From NCBI GenBank assembly GCA_964019335.1, contig OZ025681.1:1-64000 (forward strand): a stretch of 64,000 bases of DNA. The letters run 5' to 3'. This stretch comes from Diplonema japonicum. Taxonomy: Eukaryota; Protista; Euglenozoa: Diplonemea. The translations under genes were made by a program, and so were the position numbers. The notes under the pieces were generated by a model. That model did no database searches. It was given only the letters and a program-made list of their open reading frames with translations, and had not been told where the DNA came from. Shown one piece after another: positions 9,492 through 21,080 of the stretch; positions within the stretch are counted from its first letter, which is position 1; each line of letters starts with the position of its first letter.

Positions 9492-9965
9492 TCAGTGTCT
9501 GAAGAGAATCAGCTTCGTGTCAAACGGAATGTCAGTCGTCACCATAAGCAGATGAAATGACACGGTGCGGTGCAACAAGGTAAAAGCCACGAAAAGAGCA
9601 CCCATGGAACGTGCCAGATCAGGTGTAACTGAAGTCGCCTCACAAGCCAAGGAAACAATGTGCTTCAAGGCCTTCGCAATGCTGTCTTGAGACACCAAGT
9701 GCCACCAACCATGAATGTCGCACCTGCCGGATGACATAATACCAGCTACATCTTGCGGGGTGAAGTCTCTAAACTCGCCTGTTATACCCGGTAGTGCCTT
9801 AGCAACAACATTGATAAATAAGTCCTTCACACGCTCTTCACGCAGGCCTATGCTGCGCACACTTTTATCTGCAATACGCGACACCCTCCGCAATATGATC
9901 ATGTCTTCAACACTAGCGTACTCCATTACGTTACATGCTATCTCAGTCAGCAATATGTTTCCCAT
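9492..9965 (-). CDS. F-box-like protein (3' end uncertain; may extend through a 44-nt intron)
   Basis: LLTEIACNVMEYASVEDMIILRRVSR fits the F-box pattern. A pyrimidine tract and AG lie just before the ATG. Confidence 0.55.
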   Translation of the reverse strand: MGNILLTEIACNVMEYASVEDMIILRRVSRIADKSVRSIGLREERVKDLFINVVAKALPGITGEFRDFTPQDVAGIMSSGRCDIHGWWHLVSQDSIAKALKHIVSLACEATSVTPDLARSMGALFVAFTLLHRTVSFHLLMVTTDIPFDTKLILFRH

Positions 9966-10006
9966 AACCTACAGGATGAGTGAGGGGCAAAACAACGAGA
10001 AACTAA

Positions 10007-10843
10007 TCACCTGCCAATATCATTGCACATCTCTTCGAGCCACGTACCGCTATCAGCACCTGCAGAAAGCAAGACACGGGCCACGTCCCTATGGTTCCTA
10101 ACTGCTGCGTGATGCAAGGCAGTACAATATGAGTCATCACAATAGTTCACGGCCGCACCTGCACGCAGCAGAGAGCGGACAGAATCGGGCCTAGGAAAGA
10201 TACAGGCCTCTATTAGGAGTGATTTTTTCGTGAGTGAGTTAATATAATTCGGGTCAGCGCCTGCGTTAAGGAAGAGCTGCACTACAGCATCGTCTTGAGC
10301 GCCTGGCCGGTTCATCAGGAGCAAAGAGAGGAACGCAGGGTGGGGCGTAGCACCTGCCTCAATTAATAATTGAGAAATCTCGAAGTCCCCTTTCTCTGAT
10401 GCAATTCCGAGGGGTTTACTAAGATCCAGCTCAATATCAGTGTCGACAATTGTCCTGCATATGTCAGTCTTTCCAAGTTCTGCTGCGAGCATCAGTGGGG
10501 AAGACAACCTGAAGTCAGCAGCATCAATGTATAGCTTGACTAGGCCTTCGTTACCGCATCGAATAGCTTGTTTGCAGCCGGCAAGGGTTATGTCCCTACC
10601 TGCCTCGGTAAGAGCCATACGCGCCCTGTGTTTTTTCGACATGTCAGCAACCAGTGCCGTGTGTGAGACACATGTCATCAGTCAGCAATTGCCCATCTAC
10701 AACGAGATCTACAGCATCCCTGTTCAAGTTAAGCAATGTACACGCGTCTTCAGACTTTCCAACGAGCAGTTTTCCTCTACTTCTATCTGCTCCACCTCTG
10801 AGCACGGGACGCCTCTACACCTAACATATACAGTAACAGACAT
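10007..10843 (-). CDS. Second Ubl-ankyrin repeat protein, with two apparent frameshifts near 10735 and 10658
   Basis: MSVTVYVRC...SLESLKTRV / LLNLNRDAVDLVVDGQLL / SKKHRARMAL, then ankyrin repeats SPLMLAA and TALHHAA. Architecture parallels the gene at 8285-9408. Confidence 0.75.
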
Positions 10844-11584
10844 ATCCTGTTGTGAGCGTTCTTCATAAGGTACAACAGAATATAATAAACAAAAGGAAGG
10901 GGGCACAAAAAAAAAGGGGAGGCAACATAAGTAAGTTCTCTATATTCGCAGGGGATCTCCGACACAAGGTAACGGGGTCGCAAACGCAGATACCTTTCAT
11001 ACAAGATAAGTAAATACCCCAAAGGCATCTCGTGTTGCGTTTATAATGAAATAAGACACAGTAACCTTGCAGGAGCTTGGGCCAGACTGAAAGGGAGGAA
11101 CAGGAAGAAATAAAAAAAAAGCCAAGCCATGCAGCTCTGCTGCGTTCGTCTCAGACTTCTGCTTTCTGTGGAAGATGTGCCACAACATAATTGTTCCAAA
11201 ATAAAAAATCATTTCATTAAAGAAATTCTGACGCTCGCAATCTGTGCACTGAATGAAGTGAACCACAAGGACTCGAACGTCATAAGAAAAAAAAAACAAC
11301 AAAAAAAAGAAGAAGAAAAAAGAAAAGAAAAGGACGCAGGACGTGTGTAAGGAGAAAAGATATTGTTGGTAATAAAGAAAAAAAGATGAAGTACGCAGAA
11401 GGCAAGCAAACACGCAGCACTCTACTACTGTATCGATTATGGAGTTGATCACCACTAAGGTCTTAGGAGAAAGTAGTGTATAAGAAAACGCACTGTCCAA
11501 GAAAAGTTAAAAGAAACTAGGAAGAAGAGACGTTTGAAATCACGATGCATGCCACATAAAATAAAAGCTGCACTACCTACCGCA

Positions 11585-13033
11585 CTATTCGGCAAGCAAC
11601 TCCGTGTAGTCTGCATTCAAAGCGCCCATCTCAGCCATCTGCGTGGTGGGCCCCTCTTCGTCGACCACCACCTCTTTCACAGGCCCTTCGCTCTTATCGG
11701 GGCCGAGCTGGCACCACGTCCCTGCCTCCTCGATGTCTTTCTTATAGTGCAGCCTCAAGAAAAACCCGAAGCCAATAACGAGCAAAACAAGAGCAGCGGC
11801 ACCGAAACCTGCGTACAACATGTCATGCGATGCTTTGTCCTTATGTGGAAATGTGGGTGTAGGGGTGTGTGGTGGCGTGGGCTCCGGTGTGGGGGCTAGT
11901 GTGGGTGGCGCCATGGTAACAAGACCAGGGCTGTACAGTTCCATCACACCTGAAGACAACAACTGGCTATCCGTTAGCACGCTTAAAGAAACATTCAGAT
12001 CTTTGTAGATGCAGGCCTGCAGGCGTGTGAAGTTAAATGAAAAAGCAGCTGGTCCTATGGCCTCGTATCCGTACACCTCGACCTCCCACAGTTCGCACCC
12101 TGTGACGTTATAAGTAACATCGAAATCTTGCCACGCAGGTGTGCTCCATCGCACAGGCCCCAGGTCGTCACGAACCTGCACTTCGCACTTCCATGTGTCC
12201 CGAGTCAGGTTTGTGCACAATGCGGTGCTCCCGTCTGTCGGCTTGATTTTCGGCGGTAGTGGTGCCACATTAGAGAGGCCCATATTCACACGGGGCCCTG
12301 CCACCCATGTCCCGCCTGAGAAGTGCTGGACCTCGTAGGCAAGTTTCAGATTGTCGACAAGGCCGACGGGTAGTGTGTACTGAAACTCAGTGAAGTAGTG
12401 AGTCACAGGTGGTGTCCACGTGTCCCCAGAAGCTGTTCCCGTCTTGGTGTCCAGGAAGGTCACCCTGCTGATATCGTTGCTGGCGTTGAAGAATGTGAAC
12501 TTAGAGGTGTAGGTCCCCTGGTGCCCAGAGTAAGCAGTGCATTTCACAATGTCCCGAAGTGCCGCTTGCTCGATGCCAGGGCATGTGAGATTCAAGAGGA
12601 TGTTTGTTTGAAGCCCCGCCGAGGAGTAGTCAATGAAGTTGAGCGTGACATTGTTCTCAACGCTGCGTACAGTCACATTGGAGATACAGCCCCTGTCGCG
12701 CATAATGAACACAAAGTCAGTGTCGCCTTTGCAGTCCGAGCCAGGTGGCTGCGTGGCGTTCACCCATGAAAGCGTCGACAGAGTACCGTAGTCACAATCA
12801 CCCACAAGAAGCTGCACCTCAGTTACTCCTGCGTGACAGTATCCCAGCTTTCCGGCGCATGAGTTATTGCAGCTGCCAAGATGCACATCAACATAGCTGT
12901 CCTTACGTCGCACAATATCACTGCACCTCACCTCACCATTGTATCCGGAGCACGAGAAGCTGTCTGCCCCATCGCGCAGCCTCATCAGGTGTGGAACAGC
13001 ACTGAGAGTGCTTATTACTGCAAAAATAAACAT
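11585..13033 (-). CDS. Type I membrane glycoprotein of unknown function
   Basis: 482 aa with a signal peptide, Cys-containing ectodomain with many NxS/T sites, Pro/Thr stalk, one TM helix and a tail ending YTELLAE. Confidence 0.85.
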   Translation of the reverse strand: MFIFAVISTLSAVPHLMRLRDGADSFSCSGYNGEVRCSDIVRRKDSYVDVHLGSCNNSCAGKLGYCHAGVTEVQLLVGDCDYGTLSTLSWVNATQPPGSDCKGDTDFVFIMRDRGCISNVTVRSVENNVTLNFIDYSSAGLQTNILLNLTCPGIEQAALRDIVKCTAYSGHQGTYTSKFTFFNASNDISRVTFLDTKTGTASGDTWTPPVTHYFTEFQYTLPVGLVDNLKLAYEVQHFSGGTWVAGPRVNMGLSNVAPLPPKIKPTDGSTALCTNLTRDTWKCEVQVRDDLGPVRWSTPAWQDFDVTYNVTGCELWEVEVYGYEAIGPAAFSFNFTRLQACIYKDLNVSLSVLTDSQLLSSGVMELYSPGLVTMAPPTLAPTPEPTPPHTPTPTFPHKDKASHDMLYAGFGAAALVLLVIGFGFFLRLHYKKDIEEAGTWCQLGPDKSEGPVKEVVVDEEGPTTQMAEMGALNADYTELLAE

Positions 13034-13196
13034 TTTCTAAAGAGCAAACCTGAAGACCATGCGCAGTAGGATATAATATAATAAATGAAAAGTAAGATGT
13101 TTATAACTCCCAAACCCATGTTAAAATCTGCAATCGAACGAGCACACGAACAGGATAGACCTAGTCCATAGAGGGCTTCGTAGGTTGTGTTCATGC

Positions 13197-13598
13197 TTAT
13201 AATTTGCTGAGACTTTTAATTTCTGCCTTTTTACGAATTTCAGCCTCCCATTCTTTTCCGTTGAACTGGTTGGTGGTAATATGCAGCAGCTTAGTGTCCT
13301 CACGGGAGAGGCAGCGGACATTGAGTGCCCTGCCGTCAGGATTGCTTCGGGGGGTATAGAAGGACTGGACGCCACAGGTTGAGCAGAATGTGTGCTTTGC
13401 CTGATGAGTGTTGAAGGTGTAGGTGGTGAAAGCCGACGGAGACGTCAACAGCGTGAAATCCTTGCTTGGGATGATGATGTGATCGTTGGCCTTCATGTCA
13501 CAGACACTGCAGTTGCACACCCACACCACGCATGCCTCCGGGACAGTGGCCACCCACTTCACCTTCCTACAATGACAAGAACCCGTCACTTGAAGCAT
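13197..13598 (-). CDS. CENP-V/GFA family protein
   Basis: GSCHC, CNCSVC and HTFCSTCGVQSFYTPRSNPDG motifs. Confidence 0.92.
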   Translation of the reverse strand: MLQVTGSCHCRKVKWVATVPEACVVWVCNCSVCDMKANDHIIIPSKDFTLLTSPSAFTTYTFNTHQAKHTFCSTCGVQSFYTPRSNPDGRALNVRCLSREDTKLLHITTNQFNGKEWEAEIRKKAEIKSLSKL

Positions 13599-14410
13599 GT
13601 TATGTTGAAACTTACGTGAATGGTTTGCAGAAAACCCGAAATAAAGAATAGAGTGGGAGTGACCAATACAACAATTACATACACCCGTTGTTTGTCATCT
13701 ACCAAAAACCAAGGCAGGGAATCATTGTCTTAAGAGCTTATGCAACATCTATGGCCTGGGTAGTATTGGTCTTTTGTATCGATACCGAAGAAAATAATTA
13801 AAGTCCCAAAAGAAGTAAAATGGAGCAATCTCCCTCTACCTCTCTGGTCACGCCCCGTATGAATAAAAACCTTTCTTTATTTTATTTGCTTAGAGTTCCG
13901 TTTGTTGTTCAATCTAAAGAAGTCCCGGAGGGAGAGAGGGAAAATAAAGTCAAATTCGCCACTCCAAAAAGGGGTAATTACTGGGAGGGGGACAAGATTC
14001 GGCAATCGTGATTAAGGTAGAAGTCATCGGAAATTCAGTGAGAAATCCTTTTCTTAAGAACAATCTTTCTTCTTTTGCAACTGCTCATCTGGTTGAGCGA
14101 AGCAAGTTAATGTCGCAAACCGTAGCCTACAGCAGCAGCCGCCCCTTTTTTCTCTTCTCCTTTTCTTTCTATTTGCGTCTTTCTTTCTTAACATTTCTTT
14201 CTTTCATTTCAAAAGAAAAATAAAGCACACCACGTAGGTGTTTACACTAAACAACAAACAAACAAAAATAAAGCAAGTTACGATACCTATTATCACCTGC
14301 CGCCCCGTCCTCCCCCCCCACCCCTTTGTGGATTTCCCCCGCTGGTGTAAGAAGAAAAGGGAAGCATGACAAAAGAGGATTGGGAAAAACCTTCTCTACA
14401 CAAACTCGAA

Positions 14411-14761
14411 TTAAACCATCGCGTGCTTCATGCAAAAAGGACAGATAACGTACCCCTGCATCGTGTGTAGCTTGTATTGTTGTGATATACCTGACCGACA
14501 ACTGCGGCGTAGTGCTTGGAACAGAAGGGACACTGGTATGGAGCAGTTCCTGCTGGATGTTGCGGAAGCTGCGTCATTGCACCAGGATTAGCTACTGTTT
14601 GCACAGATGTGTACATATTAGGGACCTGCTGCTGCTGCTGTTGAGCTTGCTGCTGCTGCTGTTGAGCCTGCTGCTGCTGTTGCTGCTGTTGTTGCTGTTG
14701 CTGCTGCAACTGTAACTGCTGCTGCTGCTGCTGTTGTTGCTGTTGCTGCTGTTGCTGCTGC

Positions 14762-14836
<75 letters not shown>

Positions 14837-15027
14837 AGTGGCACCTGATAAAACACCATTTGCTGCTGCGGAACGCCTTGAGCCTGCATGCCCTGCACAA
14901 CCTGCTGCTGCCCCCCTACAGTGTAATACACTCCTTGAGACGGGACCGAAGGATTGCTTACAATCACCTGCTGCGGAACCTGCACTTGCTGCTGTGGCAT
15001 CATTTCAACAGTTCGTGCCGTTGTCAT
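14411..15027 (-). CDS. PolyQ protein with C-terminal zinc ribbon; 35-nt intron 14456-14490
   Basis: Splicing GTATAT...GCAG gives QCPFCSKHYAAVVGQ|GYVICPFCMKHAMV*, a pair of CPFC motifs. Confidence 0.82.
14627..14838. repeat. CAG/CAA trinucleotide tract encoding polyQ
   Basis: (CTG/TTG)n on the + strand, inside the CDS. Confidence 0.95.
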
Positions 15028-15103
15028 ATAGTAACCCTAGGATGTTGTGTATTGTTCAGCTGCTTCCGGCACAATGCACTGGGAAAGATGGGCATGTAAA
15101 TGC

Positions 15104-16585
15104 TCATACGTTGCCAAGACTTTGTCTCCTCTCACGAGCATTTGAGGAAACTATAAGCCCTTTTCGCGGAAGAAACTCTAACAGCCCATGGAACTCATCC
15201 TCTTCCTGCGACTGGTTCGCTACTGTACGTACTGGCGGCACATATCCTAAGTAGTGATCATACAACTTCTTGTCCATCTCTGCGTTTCGCCCTCCGTCGG
15301 GCCTCTTCCCTCCCTGCTGCAATCGCTTACCATTATCGTCTGCAACAAAAGGAACAAACTTGGTCGGCGGGCGGGGCTTGGGAGCACCCGAGTGCGACGC
15401 TTCACGAGACGTACGTAGCAACTCTTTCGGAATAGCGAGCTGGTTCAAAACACTCAGGACATGTGCGCCCGCGTGATCGACGTCCACAGCATGTTGCCAC
15501 TCGTTCAGCGACATCCGCTTTGTGGGTGAACCATTGCGTACCATACCGAGCCGCATCCGGGAGGCCTTTGCTGTGTTCGGCCGTGCATACATCCTGCGGT
15601 ACTGTTCCGCCACAGGGTGGTGACGGACGCACCGACCCCCCTGCTTCAGGGACTGGCTCGCTGCAGCCCTCGGCCCGTCTTCACCTATTCGTAACCTCTT
15701 GTGCTTATCGCTTTTGTCAACTTTCTCAATGACTGCCTCTTTCATTCCCTCCCCATCACAAGCATAGCCCTTCACTCCCGCAGAGGGAAGTATCGCTTGT
15801 GTCCTCACCGTCGATCGTCGTTTGCCCCGCCTTGTTGGGCTGTGGGAACGGTTTAAAATTGTATGCATCCGGGCAAGCCCGTCGCTGAGACCAACACCAC
15901 GCCTGTGCTTCTTGCTAACCTCCGCTGACCTTATCATACTGCACACGGAAACGACGTACTCAAGTGTGTCACGTGCAGTGGGGCATGACCTTCGGTAATA
16001 TTCAACTGACCTGATCCGTGTCCCACTCGGCGAGATACCGTTAAGTATTCGCTCCTTCCTTTGTAGCACAGACAACAACACAGCATGCGGCACAGAGTGC
16101 TTGCCTCGTAGCTCTTTCAGCAACTCTTCGGTGTGTTCTACTTGCCAGTTAAGCGAAGCGCAATACTCCCGTACATCATCCACAGATATGCTGTCGTCAA
16201 GTGCTGTTTCCTGATCAGTATCGTGAAATAAGTCTTCAAATGTTGCGGCATTCACCTCTCCCTTGTAGCGCAGCCCGTAGGAATCGAGCACGGTCGAGAT
16301 CTTGTGGAGACTCCCCCCCACCGCGCGGAATGCTAAGATCTCTTCCTCACTATGGTTTGCGTAGTGCCTGTTTTTCTCATCTTCCATAAGTCGCAAGAAC
16401 CCCTCGTACGTTAGACGTGGCCCGTTCAAGTACTGCGCATAGTCAGCTTCCCCGACAGGGATGACATTGCACATCAGAAGAAGTGCTTCTATCTGGTGCA
16501 CCGTAGTGATCTCACGCCTTGATGCCACCAGCCGTCCCCAAACCTCCGTTATTTTCCGTAGGTCATCCTTTGTGAGCTGCACCAT
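15104..16585 (-). CDS. Hypothetical protein with degenerate calmodulin/EF-hand-like N-terminus
   Basis: Long ORF. LTKDDLRKITEVW, LTYEGFLRLM and EEILAFRAVGG resemble centrin/calmodulin-like helices. Confidence 0.65.
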   Translation of the reverse strand: MVQLTKDDLRKITEVWGRLVASRREITTVHQIEALLLMCNVIPVGEADYAQYLNGPRLTYEGFLRLMEDEKNRHYANHSEEEILAFRAVGGSLHKISTVLDSYGLRYKGEVNAATFEDLFHDTDQETALDDSISVDDVREYCASLNWQVEHTEELLKELRGKHSVPHAVLLSVLQRKERILNGISPSGTRIRSVEYYRRSCPTARDTLEYVVSVCSMIRSAEVSKKHRRGVGLSDGLARMHTILNRSHSPTRRGKRRSTVRTQAILPSAGVKGYACDGEGMKEAVIEKVDKSDKHKRLRIGEDGPRAAASQSLKQGGRCVRHHPVAEQYRRMYARPNTAKASRMRLGMVRNGSPTKRMSLNEWQHAVDVDHAGAHVLSVLNQLAIPKELLRTSREASHSGAPKPRPPTKFVPFVADDNGKRLQQGGKRPDGGRNAEMDKKLYDHYLGYVPPVRTVANQSQEEDEFHGLLEFLPRKGLIVSSNARERRQSLGNV

Positions 16586-17499
16586 CTGCACCTGTTTTGA
16601 TACTGACTATCGGGAAAGAAATATAGCATAAAACTGCCGGAGAGGTGTCAGCGGCAGCAATTACCCAATATCTAGACAATCGTATGCATCAAAGAAAAAG
16701 AGTCTCATGCATTTCACCAAAAGAGTAGCTCGTATGGCGTGCAAGAGAGTGAATACTTATAAAGACTTGACTTCTAAAAAAGAAATAGAAGTATTTCATG
16801 CACGAGTGCTGTATTCGTGCAGTTTAAAGCGACGCGTGTAAAAAAGAAAAAAGATAATAACTATGATGAGAGAAGCATTAGCAACTGCGGTCTGATTCAG
16901 AACAGGCATATTTTCGTTGACACATTCGGTACAGAGCATGCTCTGCAACATAAAATAAATGGAATATTAAGAATGAGGGAGGTGCTTCGACGCCGCCTGC
17001 CATCATCTCTGTTGGCAAAACTTCAAATGCGTTCAAATGACAAAAGTTAAACTGTGAGGTCAAACAGAATACTCGGCTTTGAGTTAGTATTCTTGGACCC
17101 ATCACTTAGTCTACCACCCATTGTGCTGCTATTAATTGCATTGTGAGGGCAAAAAGTGCACAGTTCCCTCTCACTCTGACGGGAGGTGTCGTGAGACCTA
17201 GGCCCGAAGACCTTGGTCTGCCCCAAAACAAAAAGGGCAGTACAGAAAACTAAACTAAAAAGAAAGCTAAGGATAATAAGAGAGATAAGGATAATAGATA
17301 GCAGGCAAGGCAAGACAAGTCTCGCGCACAGCTTACCAGCGTTGGCCTAATGAAAAGGCTACACCTAAACCGAAAGGCGAGGGATGAGTTGCAGACCGGT
17401 CCTTAAGCGAACCCGGATCGACATCAATGAAACAAAAAGGAGAAGTTCGAAGGTGAAAGGGTACAAACAAAAGGAACACGTAAAAATATCAAACAAGAA

Positions 17500-19786
17500 C
17501 TCTTGAACCAACACCGACCTGAATTCCCCTTCCGCAAACCCGCAGCTGCACCCTGCATATGTCATTGTTCTACATATGTTGAGTCCTTGGGGCTAGCGTA
17601 GTCACCAGCACCCACGAGGAACCTCATCACGGGGTCAGCATTCGGATACTCCACCAGAACTCCTGTGAACACACCTGGCTTCAGTACATAATACAGACCA
17701 GCAGCCGTAGTTCCTTGAAAGCCGATAATGCACAGGAGAGCAACAATCCTTCCCCCCATTGGCTCATGGAGCAGCACATTAACAGAGCTCTCCAATGTGG
17801 ACTGATAAAAGAACATTGTGGGTAAAAAGCTATACGAGGGGAATCTGCACGTCCCTGCTGCTGCAACCCAAGAGGCGTGCCCTGCCTTCGACTTGCGGAG
17901 GAAATAGACCAGAAACACGATACTTCCATGTACACTAAGGACAATAAGCATGAACAGAAGATTCCCAACCATGCACGTGCCGGGTTAGCATACGACTCGA
18001 ATCGCAAAGACAACACATTCTCGAACAGGGTAAGCTTGCCTGACTCGATGTTGACCGGGCACTCCAGTAGGTGTAGAATGGCAGTAGTACGTCCCGCATT
18101 TTGTGGAGAGCCAATCGCGCCCGCACCAGCAGTAGAAATGCCGCATGCAGCCATCTCGCAGCAGCTCCATCTGTGCGGTTGTCAAGACGCCATGCCACAC
18201 AGATAGATCATCGAGCCCAAAGTTTTCACCTTTGTCGTCGCCAAGCACGTCTGATCCAGACAAAACCATTCCCCTGGAAGGTGCCATGGCGTTCACAAGG
18301 AACGACGTCGGATATGGCTTGCTGTTGGCAGACTCCTGGAATCCCACCTCAGACAGCCATCTTTATACATACATATACATCTTCATTGCGGATGCGGTGT
18401 GCGTTCCTCGAAGTCCAGACCCAGACCACCATATCTCACCGTTATTCCTGAACTCGATGCCATAGCCAAAGCCCTTGTCCTTGTAGTTGTTGGGCATATA
18501 ATACGTAACGCCAAACACAACACCGTCGCTTCTGATCCTCGCGCAGATCGTTAGGTCGCTGTCAGGATATCGAGCGGGGGACTTAAACCTGTAGATGGAG
18601 GGGTATTGCACTTGTGATCGGTCACCGCCAGCAAACTCTAAGCAAGGACTCCTTCCTTTAGCACAGCCTGTACTGAAGAAACTTGTGAGTTCACATGGAT
18701 AGGGACATTGGGCATGAGCCCATCGTTTGACGTTGAGGAGGAACCTCCCAAGTTCCCTGCAATCACCCCCTCGTCCTCAAAGGTGGTGCTCCACACAAGA
18801 CGGACTCAGGAATCGATAATGAAGAAAAGCAAGAGCCTCGAATTGGTATGACAGCTGCTCGGGATCTCTGACAGGCAAACGTCTCCCGCCTATCCCTGCC
18901 CCCCTTCCACCAATTTGTGGCTGACTTCTTCGAGAAGCGTGCCCGCTCATCATTGTCCCTCCGTCCCAATGCGTGTTTGAACTAGGAAAGCCATCACCTG
19001 CAGCCCACAACCATACCCTGTATTTGGTGCTCCTAGCATCATGTAGAATACCCAGGCCAGTGTTACTGACCGACTCGCTCTGCATGTAAACGTGAAGGTT
19101 GTCGGCCTTCTCAGCTGTGTCTACCGATATAACATGCGCTTCATAGGCATCGCAGAACTCATCTGCACATCGTCCGTACATGTTGGTCTTGAAGATCTTC
19201 ATCTCTATTGAAAGCGACCCGATCTGCACCCAGGCACCCTCGGGGGTGCGCGGCCGCTCACAAAAGTAGTCCCTGCCGTTGCCACATGAGGTGTACTTCC
19301 ACCGCTCGTTGTCAGAGTTATCTGTGGAAATGCACTTGTTGGATGCCCACGTGCCGGGGGATGTCTTCCAGTAGGTAAACGAAGATGACATGGGCGTGCA
19401 TGTCGCACAGCTCGTTCCGCATGCAGCCGACGTCTCACACAAGTTGTTCCCATTCTGGCTCCAGTAACCCACCCACGTGTCGCTCCGGGTTATTGAATGT
19501 ACTAATTCTATCTTCTCATAGCCGTCGACATGCATCAGCCATCCACTACTGTCCTGGCACTTCTTCTGCGCGTCCCAATAATCTCGTGGATTGGAGAAGC
19601 GAAGGAACTCTTTATCCCTTCCTGTAGGCATCCAGGCATTAGGGTCCCAAGAACTCTGCACGGCCCTAAAACAGCTGTAGCAATTATTGTTGTACACGCA
19701 CCCGTCCCAAAACCCTTGCACCGGTCGCGGGCTGCTTCTGCAAGAGCAACGACAAATATCAACAAGGATACGATGCGGAACATCAC
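17500..19786 (-). pseudogene. Disrupted C-type lectin / LamG-like multi-pass membrane protein gene
   Basis: Signal peptide MMFRIVSLLIFVVALAEA; C-type lectin motifs (YWDAQKKC, TWVG, WKYTSC...YFCE); LamG-like DDLSVWHGVLT; TM region with CRFPSYS. These pieces are spread over several frames with in-frame stops. Confidence 0.75.
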
Positions 19787-21080
19787 AGTACCTGAAATGA
19801 ATTATTGGATGTGCGATGCAATAGTAATAAAAAGGGTAAAGGAGGCCAGTGCTGGTCACCCTGCAAGCACTGCCTGATTACAGGAGGCGCACCCCGTTTC
19901 TGCATTCCGCGTCATATCCTTAATGCGTGCGGTGTGCCGATAGAAATAAGAAAAACGAAAAAGAAGCTTCTCAAAGATGCTTCTTTTAAAACAAGAACAC
20001 GATGCCGAGCCGGCGGTGTAAGAAAAGTGAGGAACTGAGAGCAGAGATGTCAAGGGAATCGTCTGCCGTAGACTAGAATCGATTGTTAATGGAGCAACAC
20101 AAAAATAGTTACAAATCTCGCACGATAATCAGATTAGATATGCTTATTGAAGTATCCAAGGGAACTAGAAAAAGGAGGCGATCAAACCGGGAGGAACGCA
20201 AGTGGACTGGGAAGGTGCGGAATCGCGTATTCTTTCCGTTTCACAAACAAAAAAAGAGTCAGTACTTAGCATATGTTTGTGCACGGTACAAATCTTGAGA
20301 TAAGTACCGCATGCTGCCACTACTCTTTTTTGTTCTTTCGTTGCTACAAAAGAAAAAGAATTAATCTCCAACACAAAATGGGAGATGAGATAAAGGAGGT
20401 TCTTGAAACAAAATGAACGACGACCTATCTTAACCTGATGTACTTGGCGGTCATGTAATTTGAACAACCAGGTCAGGCCACAGAGACCACCTCGACAACA
20501 TTCTGATAGCTTTCTTGCGCGTTTGTGTGCATCAGGAAGAAGGGCCTCGAATCTGAAGATTATCACTAAACGAAACTGGACATTCTAAAAGGCTTGCGTT
20601 TCTACGCTCACCGACTAGTGCCTAAAAAGGAAAACGAGAAGCGACAACAACTAAAAAAAAAAAAAAAGCTCAAAGTACAGGACAAGCCCCCATTTAAAAA
20701 AAAAAAGGAGGAAACCACGTCAACTTCAACTTGATTACAAAGAAGCGCTCTTGCTGAGCCCATAGATAACATAATATACTAGGATACAAGATGTGCTCTG
20801 TTTTGCAACCGAGATAAAGAACAAAGCACACTTGTCGAATCGTGCACAGAGAAGAAAAAGTGTTTTATTATGCTCATGTGCCTACTTGTTGATTTAAATA
20901 ATCACTGTGTACTGAAAATAAGAAAAAAGACGTTTAAGAAACGATATAATCTCGATCGGGGTGCAGGATGGCTCCCGCTTTTGAATAGAAATAGAAAATA
21001 GACGAGTTGAGGCTTCATATAATTCTCGTGCACGATAGTTCAAAACACCATATCTTTAGAAAGTCTTCTTTTGTGACTAT

